Source of the DNA: Microbacteriaceae bacterium
Lineage (GTDB): Bacteria > Actinomycetota > Actinomycetes > Actinomycetales > Microbacteriaceae
Length of the DNA: 64,000 bases
Assembly (NCBI GenBank): GCA_947453475.1
Contig: CANGGK010000001.1
Location: 17,499-81,498, forward strand
Reading direction: 5' to 3'
Position 1 is the first letter of the stretch; the number at the start of each line of letters is the position of its first letter. The notes below the pieces were generated by a model that saw only the letters and a list, made by a program, of their open reading frames with translations, did not search any database and was not told the origin of the DNA. Positions 9,360 to 19,244 of the stretch are shown here, piece after piece. A program made the position numbers and the translations under genes.

Positions 9360-10402
9360 CACTTAAGGCTATTAACCATTCGCTTGACGGTCGACTTCTC
9401 GCCGGCAATCACAACGTGTTCGATGTTTCGCTTAGCACCAGGCACTCCAACCTTTTCACCGGCTTTGTTGAAGACTCCGATTTGCGAGCCGACGTAGCGT
9501 TTGAAGTCGAAGTCCAAAATTTCCACGTGCCCGCGTGTGGCGGCCAAATCAATAAGATCGGCGCGAGATAGCCAAGATTCATTGTTGTAACTAAGCATCA
9601 TGGTGTCGCAGTTTAGGTCGCCTACTAATTTGGTTAGCGCGGCAGCCATCGTCTTTTTTGAATTGAACGGGCTCTTCATTTCGGCACCTCGAGCATCAAG
9701 ACGCTTGTTGGCGATTCCGTAGGTATCCGGCTTATCCCATCGAACCAAAGATTCCCAGATGTGATAGTTGCCGAAGTATCGGTGTTGGTTATATGGAGGG
9801 TCTAGGTATGCGAGATCTACCGGCGGAAGGTCTTTGGCGACTTCTAGGGCATCTCCCCTAACCGAAAAACCTGCCCCCGGCAAGAGTTCGGGGTCGCGAA
9901 GTTCGAGATTATTCGCCGAACGGCTGGCCCAGCCCTTCAAAAATGCCATTTGAATGCCGGTGGTGCTGTCAACTCGGTCGGCAGCCAAAATCAAACTGGT
10001 TAGCAGCGGGTAGTAGAGCCAGCTTTCTTTGTAGTACAGCTCAATGTGCTTGCGCATGGCATCGACTTTTTCTCCGTTTTTCGGTTGAAAATAACGAGCT
10101 TCCAGGCAAAATTTCTCGGTGAAATATCCAGCCTCGCCGGGTAAGGCATTGAGTTCGTCGATGGCGGCCAAGAGTGCAGAGTGGTCTACTGCGTTTGAAT
10201 CGAGTTCAATCCAGGTTTTGCCAAAACATTCGGCGTAGGTCGCAACATCCGAGGCAGTTACGGTCATGCCGAGTTTCTTGAAAGCCTGAGCCACTCTCGT
10301 GGTGCCGGTGAATAGGTCTAGAGCTGTCTTGGCGCCCGAGGCCTTACCAAGTTGGCTTAGGGCCGGAATCAGGGTGCGCTTGGACCCGAGGTATTTAATC
10401 AT
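9359..10402 (-). CDS. DNA adenine (N6) methyltransferase, D12/Dam-like alpha class, orphan
   Basis: N-terminal YLGSK, motif I DLFTGT, catalytic YLDPPY followed by YFGNYHIWE; SD AGGAGG. Confidence 0.92.
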   Translation of the reverse strand: MIKYLGSKRTLIPALSQLGKASGAKTALDLFTGTTRVAQAFKKLGMTVTASDVATYAECFGKTWIELDSNAVDHSALLAAIDELNALPGEAGYFTEKFCLEARYFQPKNGEKVDAMRKHIELYYKESWLYYPLLTSLILAADRVDSTTGIQMAFLKGWASRSANNLELRDPELLPGAGFSVRGDALEVAKDLPPVDLAYLDPPYNQHRYFGNYHIWESLVRWDKPDTYGIANKRLDARGAEMKSPFNSKKTMAAALTKLVGDLNCDTMMLSYNNESWLSRADLIDLAATRGHVEILDFDFKRYVGSQIGVFNKAGEKVGVPGAKRNIEHVVIAGEKSTVKRMVNSLK

Positions 10403-10477
10403 CGAGCCTCCTAGCGTCCAATCACTTATCTTGCCACGGCTTCGTGCCTTGCCGACCGCAAAGTTAGACTTGATGCA

Positions 10478-11314
10478 ATGGAAACCATAGAACCGCTAGG
10501 CGCAGCTGCGCTGTACAGCATCGACTTTGCTCGAGAAAAGCTGGTCGGTAAGTCTGTGGTTGCCTTGACCGGGGCGGGCATCAGCACCGATTCCGGCATC
10601 CCTGATTATCGCGGGCAGGGGCGGGTTGCCCGTCACCCGATGACTTTCGACACTTTTATGGGCTCGAAAGAAGCTCAAATTCGTTACTGGGCTCGAAGCT
10701 ATGTCGGTTGGAGTCGCATTGCCGATGCAAAACCCAATGGTGGCCACTTTGCCCTTGCTGCCGCAGAACGACTCGGTCAGCTGACCCACATCATCACGCA
10801 GAACGTTGATGCGCTTCACCAGGCTGCCGGTTCGAAAAACGTGATTGATCTTCACGGTCGGCTGGATACTGTTCGGTGCATGAAGTGCGGCGCAACAATG
10901 GCGCGCGTTGACATGGATGAACTTCTACGAGCACTGAACCCAGATATTCAAAAAGATGCCAATCACGAATTCACCCCGGATGGCGATGCCGAGCTCGAAG
11001 CAGCAGCAGACTTCAAGATTCCAGCCTGCCCAATCTGCGAGGGCGTTCTCAAGCCCGACGTGGTGTTCTTTGGAGAATCGGTTCCGCAGTCGCGAGTTGA
11101 ATTTGCTATGTCTAGGCTGGACGCCGCCGACGCGCTCGTGATAGCCGGAACCTCGTTGACGGTTAACTCTGGTCTGCGCTTTGCACGTCGAGCAGCCCGA
11201 GCCGGCAAGCCGATTATCATCGTCAACATTGGCGAAACTAAGGCCGACGAACTTGCAACGGCAAAAATTGAGGCCAACACTTCTTTGGTTCTCGAAAGGT
11301 TGTTCATTGACTAA
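10478..11314 (+). CDS. Sir2 family NAD-dependent deacylase, class II (SIRT4-like)
   Basis: GAGISTDSGIPDYRG, RYWARS, TQNVD, LHG, two CxxC, PDGDA, LKPDVVFFGE. Confidence 0.93.
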   Translation: METIEPLGAAALYSIDFAREKLVGKSVVALTGAGISTDSGIPDYRGQGRVARHPMTFDTFMGSKEAQIRYWARSYVGWSRIADAKPNGGHFALAAAERLGQLTHIITQNVDALHQAAGSKNVIDLHGRLDTVRCMKCGATMARVDMDELLRALNPDIQKDANHEFTPDGDAELEAAADFKIPACPICEGVLKPDVVFFGESVPQSRVEFAMSRLDAADALVIAGTSLTVNSGLRFARRAARAGKPIIIVNIGETKADELATAKIEANTSLVLERLFID

Positions 11315-11906
11315 AACAACCATTGGCTTATTACGTCACGGCCAGACCAACTGGAACATCGATTTTCGACTTCAGGGCGTAACTGACATCCCCTTGAATG
11401 AGACTGGAATCGAACAAGCCAAAGTAGCCGGGATTGCCATTGCCAATCAAGCGGCTGCGGGGGCGGTTTGGGATTTGATTCTGACTTCTCCCCTGTCACG
11501 CGCGCGCGACACCGCAGTCATGGTCGGTGACGCCATAGGCATCGCAGGCGTGTCGGTAGAAGAACTTCTGCTCGAGCGTTCTTTTGGTGAGGCAGAAGGC
11601 CTCTCGCACGAAGAGTGGAAGATTAAGTACAACGACACCAATCACGTGCCTGGCGGCGAGACTCTGGAGCAGCTGGAGGCCCGCGCCTGGGTGCTGCTGC
11701 AACGCTTGCTTGACCACCACGAAGGCAAGCGCGTCTTGACCGTGTCGCACGGAGCTCTAATCAGAACCCTGCTTCGTTTGGTTAGCAAGGGTGAATTTCC
11801 TCGCGAGGGTGAGCGCTTAGGCAATGCCTGCCTTAGCGTATTTGAACACACGCTCGAAACCGGCTGGACCGTTGCAAGCTACGAACCAAAGACCCTAGCC
11901 AGCTAG
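11307..11906 (+). CDS. Histidine phosphatase (phosphoglycerate mutase-like) family protein
   Basis: LLRHGQT, SPLSRA, ERSFG, VSHG motifs; TTG start at 11307 overlapping the sirtuin stop. Confidence 0.9.
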   Translation: MTKTTIGLLRHGQTNWNIDFRLQGVTDIPLNETGIEQAKVAGIAIANQAAAGAVWDLILTSPLSRARDTAVMVGDAIGIAGVSVEELLLERSFGEAEGLSHEEWKIKYNDTNHVPGGETLEQLEARAWVLLQRLLDHHEGKRVLTVSHGALIRTLLRLVSKGEFPREGERLGNACLSVFEHTLETGWTVASYEPKTLAS

Positions 11907-11922
11907 ATCTGAATGCCTAGTT

Positions 11923-13011
11923 CTAGAGCTTCGAGATCATCTCAATGAGGTCGCCGGCCGAACGATCCCAGTTGAATTGTTCGGAGTGTTTGCGAGATGC
12001 CGCACTTCGCTCTGTCCAATTAGGGTTTGACTCAAGTTTTCTGACTTGCTTCGCAAAATCTTCGGGGTTTTCTTGGTCAAAGAAAAGTGCAACGTCGGCA
12101 CCGATTTCTTTGAAGATTTCAATGTCTGAGACAACCACCGGAACGCCCCTAGACATAGATTCAATTAGCGGAATTCCGAACCCTTCATCTCGTGAGCCGG
12201 TGACAAGCGCAACCGCCTGATCGAGCTCGCGGTGATACTCGTCTTCTGAGACTCCGTTGTGAAAAACCACCTTGCCAGAATCAGATTGAACTCGATGTTC
12301 TAGTTCGGCTAGTCGGTCTGGTTTGATACGGCTCAGGAGATGAAGCTCATACTCAGGCAAATACTTCATACCGTCGATTAGCACCTCAACGTTTTTATAA
12401 TCCATAAACGACCCCATGTATACCAAGCGTTGTGCGCCTCGTGGGCGAACTTTCGGAGCCTCATTAGCTTGGTCGTCGGTAAAGGTTCCGGCGGCGTTGT
12501 AGATGACCGAAATGGGCCGTTTGGTGAGGTTGTGCTCAAGCATTAGACGCTTTGAAGTCTCAGAAACCGTCGCGACAGCGTCGGCTCGATTTAGGAACAC
12601 GCGTTGAGGCCAGTAGACCTTGTGAAACAATCTCCATCCCGTTCGAATCCACCAGTTGAACTCGGGCGGCGGGGCGGGGTGACGATAGTAAATCAAGTCG
12701 TGCAAGGTGAGAATCAGTTTGTAGCCGCGAAACCAAGAACCCATGGTTTGCATCGGCGAAAATACGACCTTTGCGCCACTTCGATTCAGGCCAAAAGCCA
12801 CGAAAAGTTCTTTCAATGATGTCGGATCATTGGCCATCACGTAGTCGCAACCTCGCGGAAGCTTTATCAATTGACGACGATCGTTGATGATTGCCGTAAC
12901 TTTGGTTCTGCGGTTTAGCGCAGCGAATAACCCCGCCGAAAAGCGGCTAATTCCATCGTGGTGGTCGTAGCGAATGAATCGGGCATCAAAGTAAATGTGA
13001 TCGGTTTTCAC
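11923..13011 (-). CDS. Glycosyltransferase family 4
   Basis: EGFGIPLIESM (EX7E), TLHDLI, YKN motifs. Confidence 0.92.
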   Translation of the reverse strand: MKTDHIYFDARFIRYDHHDGISRFSAGLFAALNRRTKVTAIINDRRQLIKLPRGCDYVMANDPTSLKELFVAFGLNRSGAKVVFSPMQTMGSWFRGYKLILTLHDLIYYRHPAPPPEFNWWIRTGWRLFHKVYWPQRVFLNRADAVATVSETSKRLMLEHNLTKRPISVIYNAAGTFTDDQANEAPKVRPRGAQRLVYMGSFMDYKNVEVLIDGMKYLPEYELHLLSRIKPDRLAELEHRVQSDSGKVVFHNGVSEDEYHRELDQAVALVTGSRDEGFGIPLIESMSRGVPVVVSDIEIFKEIGADVALFFDQENPEDFAKQVRKLESNPNWTERSAASRKHSEQFNWDRSAGDLIEMISKL

Positions 13012-13943
13012 TTGCGCCTACCCTCGGCCGCGACCTCATCGGAATCAATGAGGTCTTCACGAATTGCAGCGGCAACGTCGAAAGGCTTTTCGTAGTGGGT
13101 TAGATGGCCGACCCCACGCAGCGTGGTCAAGCTCCAGTGAATGGGGATAGTTTCAGCCATTGCCTCTTGTTGCTTGACCGAGGTGATGTCGTCTTTTGCA
13201 CCGATGATCAGGGTTGTCGGTACCGTGAATCGTGCGGCGTATTCCGCGACATTGTGAGAAATCGAGGCGTTGTAGCCCTCGATGGCTACCCTTCGATTGG
13301 CGAAGTCGTTGAAGTTGGCATCGTGTTGAGCATGCACCCAATTGCGTAGCTCACGATTCCAGCTTTTGGTCATCACGATGCTCATGCCGCGCACCATAGG
13401 CCAGCTCTTCAGCATTTTGAGCCCCGACTTCATCGGCAATTTGCCACTGAGCCAAAACATGAGTTTTACGAGTTCGGTGAGGGCAGCCTTGGGGCCTTCG
13501 AGTGCCGGTGCTGAAACCGGGTTGATTAGCACCAGGTGCGAAATCGAATCTGTCGAAGTCGCAAATGCTGACGAAATAATGCTGCCAAAACTGTGACCCA
13601 CCAAAACTGGCTTTTTCGACAGTTTCAGCTCTCTGCCAATGTGGTCAACGAATTTATCCAACCAAGCCACATAGACGTCAATCGAGTGTTCACCGGCAAA
13701 AGGTGCCGATTTACCGAAGCCAGGTAGGTCTGGAATCACGATGTTGAAATCTGGAAGGGCACCAGCGATTGCCTCCAGGCCGTGGTGATTGCCGCGGTAT
13801 CCATGGATAAAAATCAAAGTTGGAGCAGATTTTTTCGTGGCCGGATAAAGCCAGTAGCGCGAAGCGGTGTCTAACACGATCGCTTCGCGAGCCTCCGACC
13901 GCGTGACGGCGGTTCTGGCTAGTTCATCCGAGATAAGAGTCAT
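13008..13943 (-). CDS. Alpha/beta-fold hydrolase
   Basis: HGYRG, DLPGFG, GHSFG nucleophile elbow, GH catalytic His. Confidence 0.92.
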   Translation of the reverse strand: MTLISDELARTAVTRSEAREAIVLDTASRYWLYPATKKSAPTLIFIHGYRGNHHGLEAIAGALPDFNIVIPDLPGFGKSAPFAGEHSIDVYVAWLDKFVDHIGRELKLSKKPVLVGHSFGSIISSAFATSTDSISHLVLINPVSAPALEGPKAALTELVKLMFWLSGKLPMKSGLKMLKSWPMVRGMSIVMTKSWNRELRNWVHAQHDANFNDFANRRVAIEGYNASISHNVAEYAARFTVPTTLIIGAKDDITSVKQQEAMAETIPIHWSLTTLRGVGHLTHYEKPFDVAAAIREDLIDSDEVAAEGRRK

Positions 13944-13955
13944 GCTCAGGCTGGC

Positions 13956-16900
13956 TTAGACCGAGAAGTATTTCGCTTCGGGGTGGTGCAGAACCATGGC
14001 ATCGGTTGACTGCTCTGGGTGCAACTGGAGTTCTTCAGATAGCGTGACGCCAATGGCCTCGGGCTTGAGCAGTTCGACCAGTTTGATGCGGTCTTCGAGT
14101 GCCGGGCAGGCCGGGTAACCAAACGAATAGCGAGCCCCGCGGAAGTCGAGCTTGAATAGACCCTCGACCTCTTTCGGATCTTCGGCGGCAAAGCCAAGTT
14201 CTTCGCGAACTCGAGCGTGCCAAAATTCGGCAAGAGCTTCGGTTAACTGCACCGACAAACCGTGCAGTTCAAGGTAGTCGCGGTATTCGTTGTTTGCATA
14301 AATCTGGTTTGCAACTTCAGATACGCGGTTGCCCATTGTTACCAACTGGAATGGAACCACGTCGATCTTGCCGCTCTCTTTCGAGGCAACGAAGTCGCTG
14401 AGGCACAGGTGGCGATCGCGTGCTTGGCGCGGGAAGGTGAATCGCATACGTTCGGTGCCCGGAACTCCCCCGGAGCCGCCGTCGCTGGCACCTTCCGGGC
14501 CGTGGTGCAAAATAACCAAGTCGTCGCCGTCAGAAACTGCCGGGAAGTAACCGTAGACAACGGCTGCCTCAAGCAGGCCCTCGGTTTGAATGCGATCCAT
14601 CCAGGCGCGCAGACGAGGCCTACCCTCGGTTTCGACCAGTTCTTCATAGCTAGCGCCATCCTCGGCACGTGAGGGCTTCAAGCCCCATTGGCCCATGAAT
14701 GTGGCGCGCTCATCCAAGAATGACGCGTAGTCGCGCAGTGGAACACCCTTGATAATTCGAGTGCCCCAGAACGGCGGTGTTGGAATGCTGTTATCGCTGG
14801 CCACGTCTGAACGCGCAGGCATCATGTCTGGAACTGTGTGAGCGAGTTTGCTAGTTGGCCTGACAACGCGCTTCTTTAGAGGTGGAAGGGTTGCCGAAGT
14901 ATCGCCACGCTTTATCTTCACCAGCGCATCCATGAGCCGCAGACCCTCAAAGGCATCGCGGGCATAGCGCACTTCACCATCGAAAATCTCGGCGAGGTCT
15001 TGTTCGACGAAGCTTCGGGTAAGCGCTGCGCCACCAAGGATGACCGGCCAGCGGTCGGCCACACCACGAAGATTCATCTCCTCGAGGTTTTCTTTCATGA
15101 TCTGAGTCGATTTAACTAACAAACCACTTAGGCCGATTACGTCTACGTTGTGCTCTTCGGCTGCTTCAAGGATGGCGTTGATTGGCTGCTTGATTCCGAT
15201 GTTTACGGTTTCGAAGCCATTGTTGCTAAGGATGATATCAACGAGGTTTTTACCGATGTCGTGCACATCGCCGCGCACGGTTGCCAGCAAGATTCGACCC
15301 TTGCCTTCATCTTCGGTCTTTTCAATGAAGGGTTCGAGGTGGGCCACCGCAGTCTTCATGACCTCGGCAGACTGAAGCACGAACGGCAACTGCATCTCGC
15401 CCTTGCCGAATAGCTCGCCAACAACCTTCATGCCCTCGAGGAGGTGATCATTGATGATTTCTAGTGCCTTCATGCCGTTTGCCATGGCTTCGTCGAGGTC
15501 GGGCTCGAGGCCCTTTTTCTCGCCATCGATGATTCGACGCTGCAAGCGCTCGTTTAGTGGCATCGCAGCTAGTTCATCGGCGCGAGACTGACGGGCAGCC
15601 TTTGAGTCAACGCCGCTGAAGACATCCAAGAAGTGAGTCAGCGGGTCATAGCTGACATTGCCATCCGCATCGTATTCGCGCTTGTCGTAGATGAGACCCA
15701 TGGCAGCATCGAGCTGCTCTTGAGGAATTTGGTTCAGCGGCATGATTCGAGCCGCGTGAACAATCGCGCTGGTAAGACCTGCCTGCACGCATTCATGCAA
15801 GAAGACCGAGTTCAATACGTGGCGCGCGGCCGGGCTCAATCCAAACGAGATGTTCGAGATACCCAGGGTGCTCTGAACTCCAGGGAAGGCTGCGTTTAGG
15901 CGTCGGATTGCCTCTATGGTCTCGATGCCGTCGCGGCGGGTTTCATCTTGGCCGGTAGCGATTGGGAAGGTCAGGGTGTCGACGGTGATGTCGACTAGGT
16001 TCATGCCCCAGTTTTGGGTTAGGTCGTTGATTAGGCGCTCGGCAATAGCAAACTTGGTTTCTGCGGTGCGCGCCTGGCCCTCTTCGTCGATAGTCAGCGC
16101 AACCACTGCGGCACCGTGTTCGACCGCAAGAGGCATGATTCGAGCAAAGCGCGATGTTGGCCCGTCGCCATCCTCATAGTTGACCGAGTTGATCATTGCT
16201 CGACCACCCATGCACTCCAGGCCAGCCTCGAGCACTGCAGGTTCTGTCGAGTCGAGAACTAGCGGCAGGGTTGTCGCTGTGGCTAGACGGCTTACCAATT
16301 CGCGGGCGTCACGAACTCCGTCGCGACCCACGTAATCGACACAAACATCGAGCAAGTGGGCGCCCTCGCGAGTCTGTGAGCGCGCAATTTCAAGGCACTC
16401 TTCCCAGTTCTCGTCGAGCATCGCCTCGCGGAAGGCCTTAGAACCATTGGCATTAGTGCGCTCGCCGATTGACAGGTAGGTCATTGTCTGGTCGAAAGGC
16501 TGGTGTTGGTAAAGGCTGGCAAGACCAGGCTCAACGACTAGGGCTGGGCGCGAAGGCTTCTTGCCGGCAACTGCCTCTGCAACTGCTTGGATGTGTGCTG
16601 GCGTGGTACCACAGCAACCGCCGACCAACCCGGCTCCGTAGTCATTGACAAACTGAAGTTGCGCGGTGGCAAGCTCGACCGGGGTAAGAGGATAGTGAGC
16701 ACCGTGTGCACCAAGAATTGGTAGGCCGGCGTTTGGCATCACGGTCACCGGCAAGTTCGAGTACTTCGATAGATAGCGAAGGTGCTCGCTCATTTCGGTC
16801 GGTCCGGTGGCACAGTTCAAACCGATCGAATCAATGCCCAACGCGCTGAGGGCAGTTAGCGCAGCGCCAATTTCAGAACCCAGAAGCATGGTGCCGGTAG

Positions 16901-17492
16901 TTTCAATGGTCACCGAAACGATTATTGGCACCCGGATGTCAAGTGCCTTCATCGCGCGCTTCGCACCAATAACAGCGCTCTTGGCCTGAAGGAGGTCCTG
17001 GGCGGTTTCAATCAAAATCGCATCAACCCCACCGTTTAGCAGGCCAACGGCTTGCTTTTGGTAGGCGTCTCGCAGAACAGAGAACTTTTCGTGACCGAGG
17101 CTTGGCAGCTTGGTGCCAGGCCCAACCGAACCTAGAACATATCGCGGTTTTTCATCCGTGCTGAAATCGTCGGCAACTTGCCTGGCAACCCGAGCGCCGG
17201 CGAGAGCCAATTCTTCGATGCGATCTTCGATGCCATACTCGGCCAGGTTCGCAAAATTGGCACCGAAGGTGTTGGTTTCGATGGCCTCGGCGCCGGCTTT
17301 CAAATACTGCGCATGAATGCTGCTGATGATGTCGGGGCGAGTTACATTCAGAATCTCGTTGCAGCCCTCGTAGTTTTGGAAGTCATCCATGCTCGGGCTG
17401 GCGTCTTGAATCATGGTTCCCATGGCGCCGTCGGCGACGACTACGCGAGATTTAATGGCGTCAAGTAGCTGCTGCGAGCGAGGGGTAAACAT
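13956..17492 (-). CDS. metH: Cobalamin-dependent methionine synthase
   Basis: DGAMGT, LNCATGP, GGCCGT (Zn/Hcy), IGERTNANGS (folate), DVHDIGKN (B12), RYSFGYPACP; start at MFTPRS avoids overlap with metF. Confidence 0.97.
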   Translation of the reverse strand: MFTPRSQQLLDAIKSRVVVADGAMGTMIQDASPSMDDFQNYEGCNEILNVTRPDIISSIHAQYLKAGAEAIETNTFGANFANLAEYGIEDRIEELALAGARVARQVADDFSTDEKPRYVLGSVGPGTKLPSLGHEKFSVLRDAYQKQAVGLLNGGVDAILIETAQDLLQAKSAVIGAKRAMKALDIRVPIIVSVTIETTGTMLLGSEIGAALTALSALGIDSIGLNCATGPTEMSEHLRYLSKYSNLPVTVMPNAGLPILGAHGAHYPLTPVELATAQLQFVNDYGAGLVGGCCGTTPAHIQAVAEAVAGKKPSRPALVVEPGLASLYQHQPFDQTMTYLSIGERTNANGSKAFREAMLDENWEECLEIARSQTREGAHLLDVCVDYVGRDGVRDARELVSRLATATTLPLVLDSTEPAVLEAGLECMGGRAMINSVNYEDGDGPTSRFARIMPLAVEHGAAVVALTIDEEGQARTAETKFAIAERLINDLTQNWGMNLVDITVDTLTFPIATGQDETRRDGIETIEAIRRLNAAFPGVQSTLGISNISFGLSPAARHVLNSVFLHECVQAGLTSAIVHAARIMPLNQIPQEQLDAAMGLIYDKREYDADGNVSYDPLTHFLDVFSGVDSKAARQSRADELAAMPLNERLQRRIIDGEKKGLEPDLDEAMANGMKALEIINDHLLEGMKVVGELFGKGEMQLPFVLQSAEVMKTAVAHLEPFIEKTEDEGKGRILLATVRGDVHDIGKNLVDIILSNNGFETVNIGIKQPINAILEAAEEHNVDVIGLSGLLVKSTQIMKENLEEMNLRGVADRWPVILGGAALTRSFVEQDLAEIFDGEVRYARDAFEGLRLMDALVKIKRGDTSATLPPLKKRVVRPTSKLAHTVPDMMPARSDVASDNSIPTPPFWGTRIIKGVPLRDYASFLDERATFMGQWGLKPSRAEDGASYEELVETEGRPRLRAWMDRIQTEGLLEAAVVYGYFPAVSDGDDLVILHHGPEGASDGGSGGVPGTERMRFTFPRQARDRHLCLSDFVASKESGKIDVVPFQLVTMGNRVSEVANQIYANNEYRDYLELHGLSVQLTEALAEFWHARVREELGFAAEDPKEVEGLFKLDFRGARYSFGYPACPALEDRIKLVELLKPEAIGVTLSEELQLHPEQSTDAMVLHHPEAKYFSV

Positions 17493-17548
17493 AGGCTTCA
17501 AGTCTACCCGAGGGCTAATCCGGCTTGGGCTTGGAATATACTTATCGG

Positions 17549-18463
17549 ATGGCTGATTTCCCTCTACTTCGCAAGACCGCCGCCGGGCCGTTTGAGACGG
17601 TTTCGGAGGCACTTGGTGTGCGCTCGGGAAAACGCGAACCTTCGCTCTCTTTCGAATTTTTTCCACCGCGCGATGAAGCTGAAGCTGCCGACCAACTTTG
17701 GCGATCTTTTGACGCTCTGATGGAGGTCTCCCCTGACTTCGTCTCGGTCACGTATGGCGCGGGCGGTTCAAATCGAGAAACCTCCCTTGGTGTGGTTGAA
17801 CGCATGGCCAAAGAGATTATGACCATCGGCCACCTAACCTGCGTTGGTGGGTCTAGAGCTAGCACCGCAGAAACGATTAACCGCTTTGAAGATGCCGGGG
17901 TGCACTCGATTCTTGCCCTTCGTGGAGACCCGCCGAAGGATAACCCAGGTGCATTGCAGACCGGTGAGCTTCGAAGTGCCCTCGAGCTGGTTCACCTAGT
18001 GCACCAGACTTCAAACCTCGAAGTCGGAGTTGCGGCTTTCCCAGAAGTTCACCCTGAGTCACCGCACATGGAGCACGATTCGATGGTGCTAGAGATGAAG
18101 CAGGCCGCCGGTGCCAGCTATGCCATGACTCAGTTGTTCTTCACGGTCGAGGCTTATACCGACTTGGTTGCCAGCGCCAAGGTGGCCGGCGCGACGATGC
18201 CAATCATCCCTGGTTTGATGCCGGTAGGCAACGCGGCCAAGGTTGTTCGCATGGCAGAGATGAGCGGTGCGGCCATTCCCGCGGAGCTGATGAAGAAACT
18301 CGAAAACGCTAGCGATGCCGAAGCGCGCATTATTGGCATGGATTATTCGATTCAACTCGCCAGAGATCTAATTGACGCTGGTGCACCCGGCCTTCACATT
18401 TTTAGTTTGAATCTCTCGAAAGCTGCTCTCGAGGTTGCTCGTGGCGCCGGACTTTGTCGGTAG
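17549..18463 (+). CDS. metF: 5,10-methylenetetrahydrofolate reductase
   Basis: SFEFFPP, SVTYGAGG, HLTC, LRGDPP, TQLFF, GLHIFSLN. Confidence 0.95.
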   Translation: MADFPLLRKTAAGPFETVSEALGVRSGKREPSLSFEFFPPRDEAEAADQLWRSFDALMEVSPDFVSVTYGAGGSNRETSLGVVERMAKEIMTIGHLTCVGGSRASTAETINRFEDAGVHSILALRGDPPKDNPGALQTGELRSALELVHLVHQTSNLEVGVAAFPEVHPESPHMEHDSMVLEMKQAAGASYAMTQLFFTVEAYTDLVASAKVAGATMPIIPGLMPVGNAAKVVRMAEMSGAAIPAELMKKLENASDAEARIIGMDYSIQLARDLIDAGAPGLHIFSLNLSKAALEVARGAGLCR

Positions 18464-18476
18464 TAGTCAATAGCCT
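18455..18476 (+). promoter_or_regulatory. PafBC-dependent (RecA-NDp type) promoter
   Basis: TGTCGG-tagtagtcaa-TAGCCT, an exact TGTCGG-N10-TA-N3-T match, 6 nt before the exonuclease ATG. Confidence 0.75.
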
Positions 18477-18482
18477 TTAGGT

Positions 18483-19211
18483 ATGACTGATCAGCAACTG
18501 AGCTTCGAGTTCACGCCAGACCTTCCGGTCTGGGCTCAAAACATCGCGGTTTTCGACCTAGAGACCACCGGCCTAGACCTAACCGATGCTCGCATTGTCA
18601 CAGCCTGCGCTGTTGAACTCGATGCCGCCGGTCAGATCACTGGTAAAAACAGCGAGTGGCTGGCCGACCCGGTGATAGAGATTCCAACCCAGGCCAGCGA
18701 TGTGCACGGCGTAACCACTGAGATGGCGCGCAGGGATGGCCGCCCGGCGGCCGATGTCGTCTCAGAGCTGCTCGAAACGATTCGAGGTTTCTTCCACCGA
18801 GGAATTCCAGTCGTTGCCTATAACGCGCCATATGACTTCACGATTTTGCATTTTGAAGCCCTGCGTCACGGTCTGACTCCCCTAGCCGACCCGGGGCCAA
18901 TCATCGATCCGTTGGTGATCGACAAGTTCAAAGACAAGTACCGCAAGGGAAAGCGTCGTCTCGAAAATGCAGCCGAGTTCTATCACGTTGCCTTGGACGA
19001 TGCGCATAACGCCACCGCTGACGCCGTTGCTGCCGGCCGAGTGGCACAGGCAATTGCTCGTCGTTGGGCCGCCGAACTACCTGACACCGCCGCGGAACTT
19101 CACGACCTTCAGGTTGGTTGGAGTGACTATTTGGATGCCGACTTCGAGTCGTTCATGCGCCGGAACAATCCAGATTTCACCAGCAAACGCGGTTGGCCGC
19201 TAAAGCTCTAG
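18483..19211 (+). CDS. DEDDh 3'-5' exonuclease (DnaQ/epsilon-like)
   Basis: FDLETTG, YNAPYD, AHNATADA motifs. Confidence 0.93.
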   Translation: MTDQQLSFEFTPDLPVWAQNIAVFDLETTGLDLTDARIVTACAVELDAAGQITGKNSEWLADPVIEIPTQASDVHGVTTEMARRDGRPAADVVSELLETIRGFFHRGIPVVAYNAPYDFTILHFEALRHGLTPLADPGPIIDPLVIDKFKDKYRKGKRRLENAAEFYHVALDDAHNATADAVAAGRVAQAIARRWAAELPDTAAELHDLQVGWSDYLDADFESFMRRNNPDFTSKRGWPLKL

Positions 19212-19244
19212 CGATACTCCCCCACCCAAAAACATTTGGTTAAA

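Noticed and set aside
9245-11906. tRNA + methyltransferase + Sir2 as an anti-phage defence island
   Set aside because: The sirtuin has the zinc-binding housekeeping class II signature rather than a SIR2_2/ThsA/DSR architecture; no integrase, att repeat, nuclease or ATPase partner is present
17493-17666. N-terminal extensions in the ORF track (metH, also trmI, fabG, sufC, ctaA, ctaB, pgi, opcA, phosphatase)
   Set aside because: They overlap neighbouring genes or promoters and lack family motifs; downstream starts fit better
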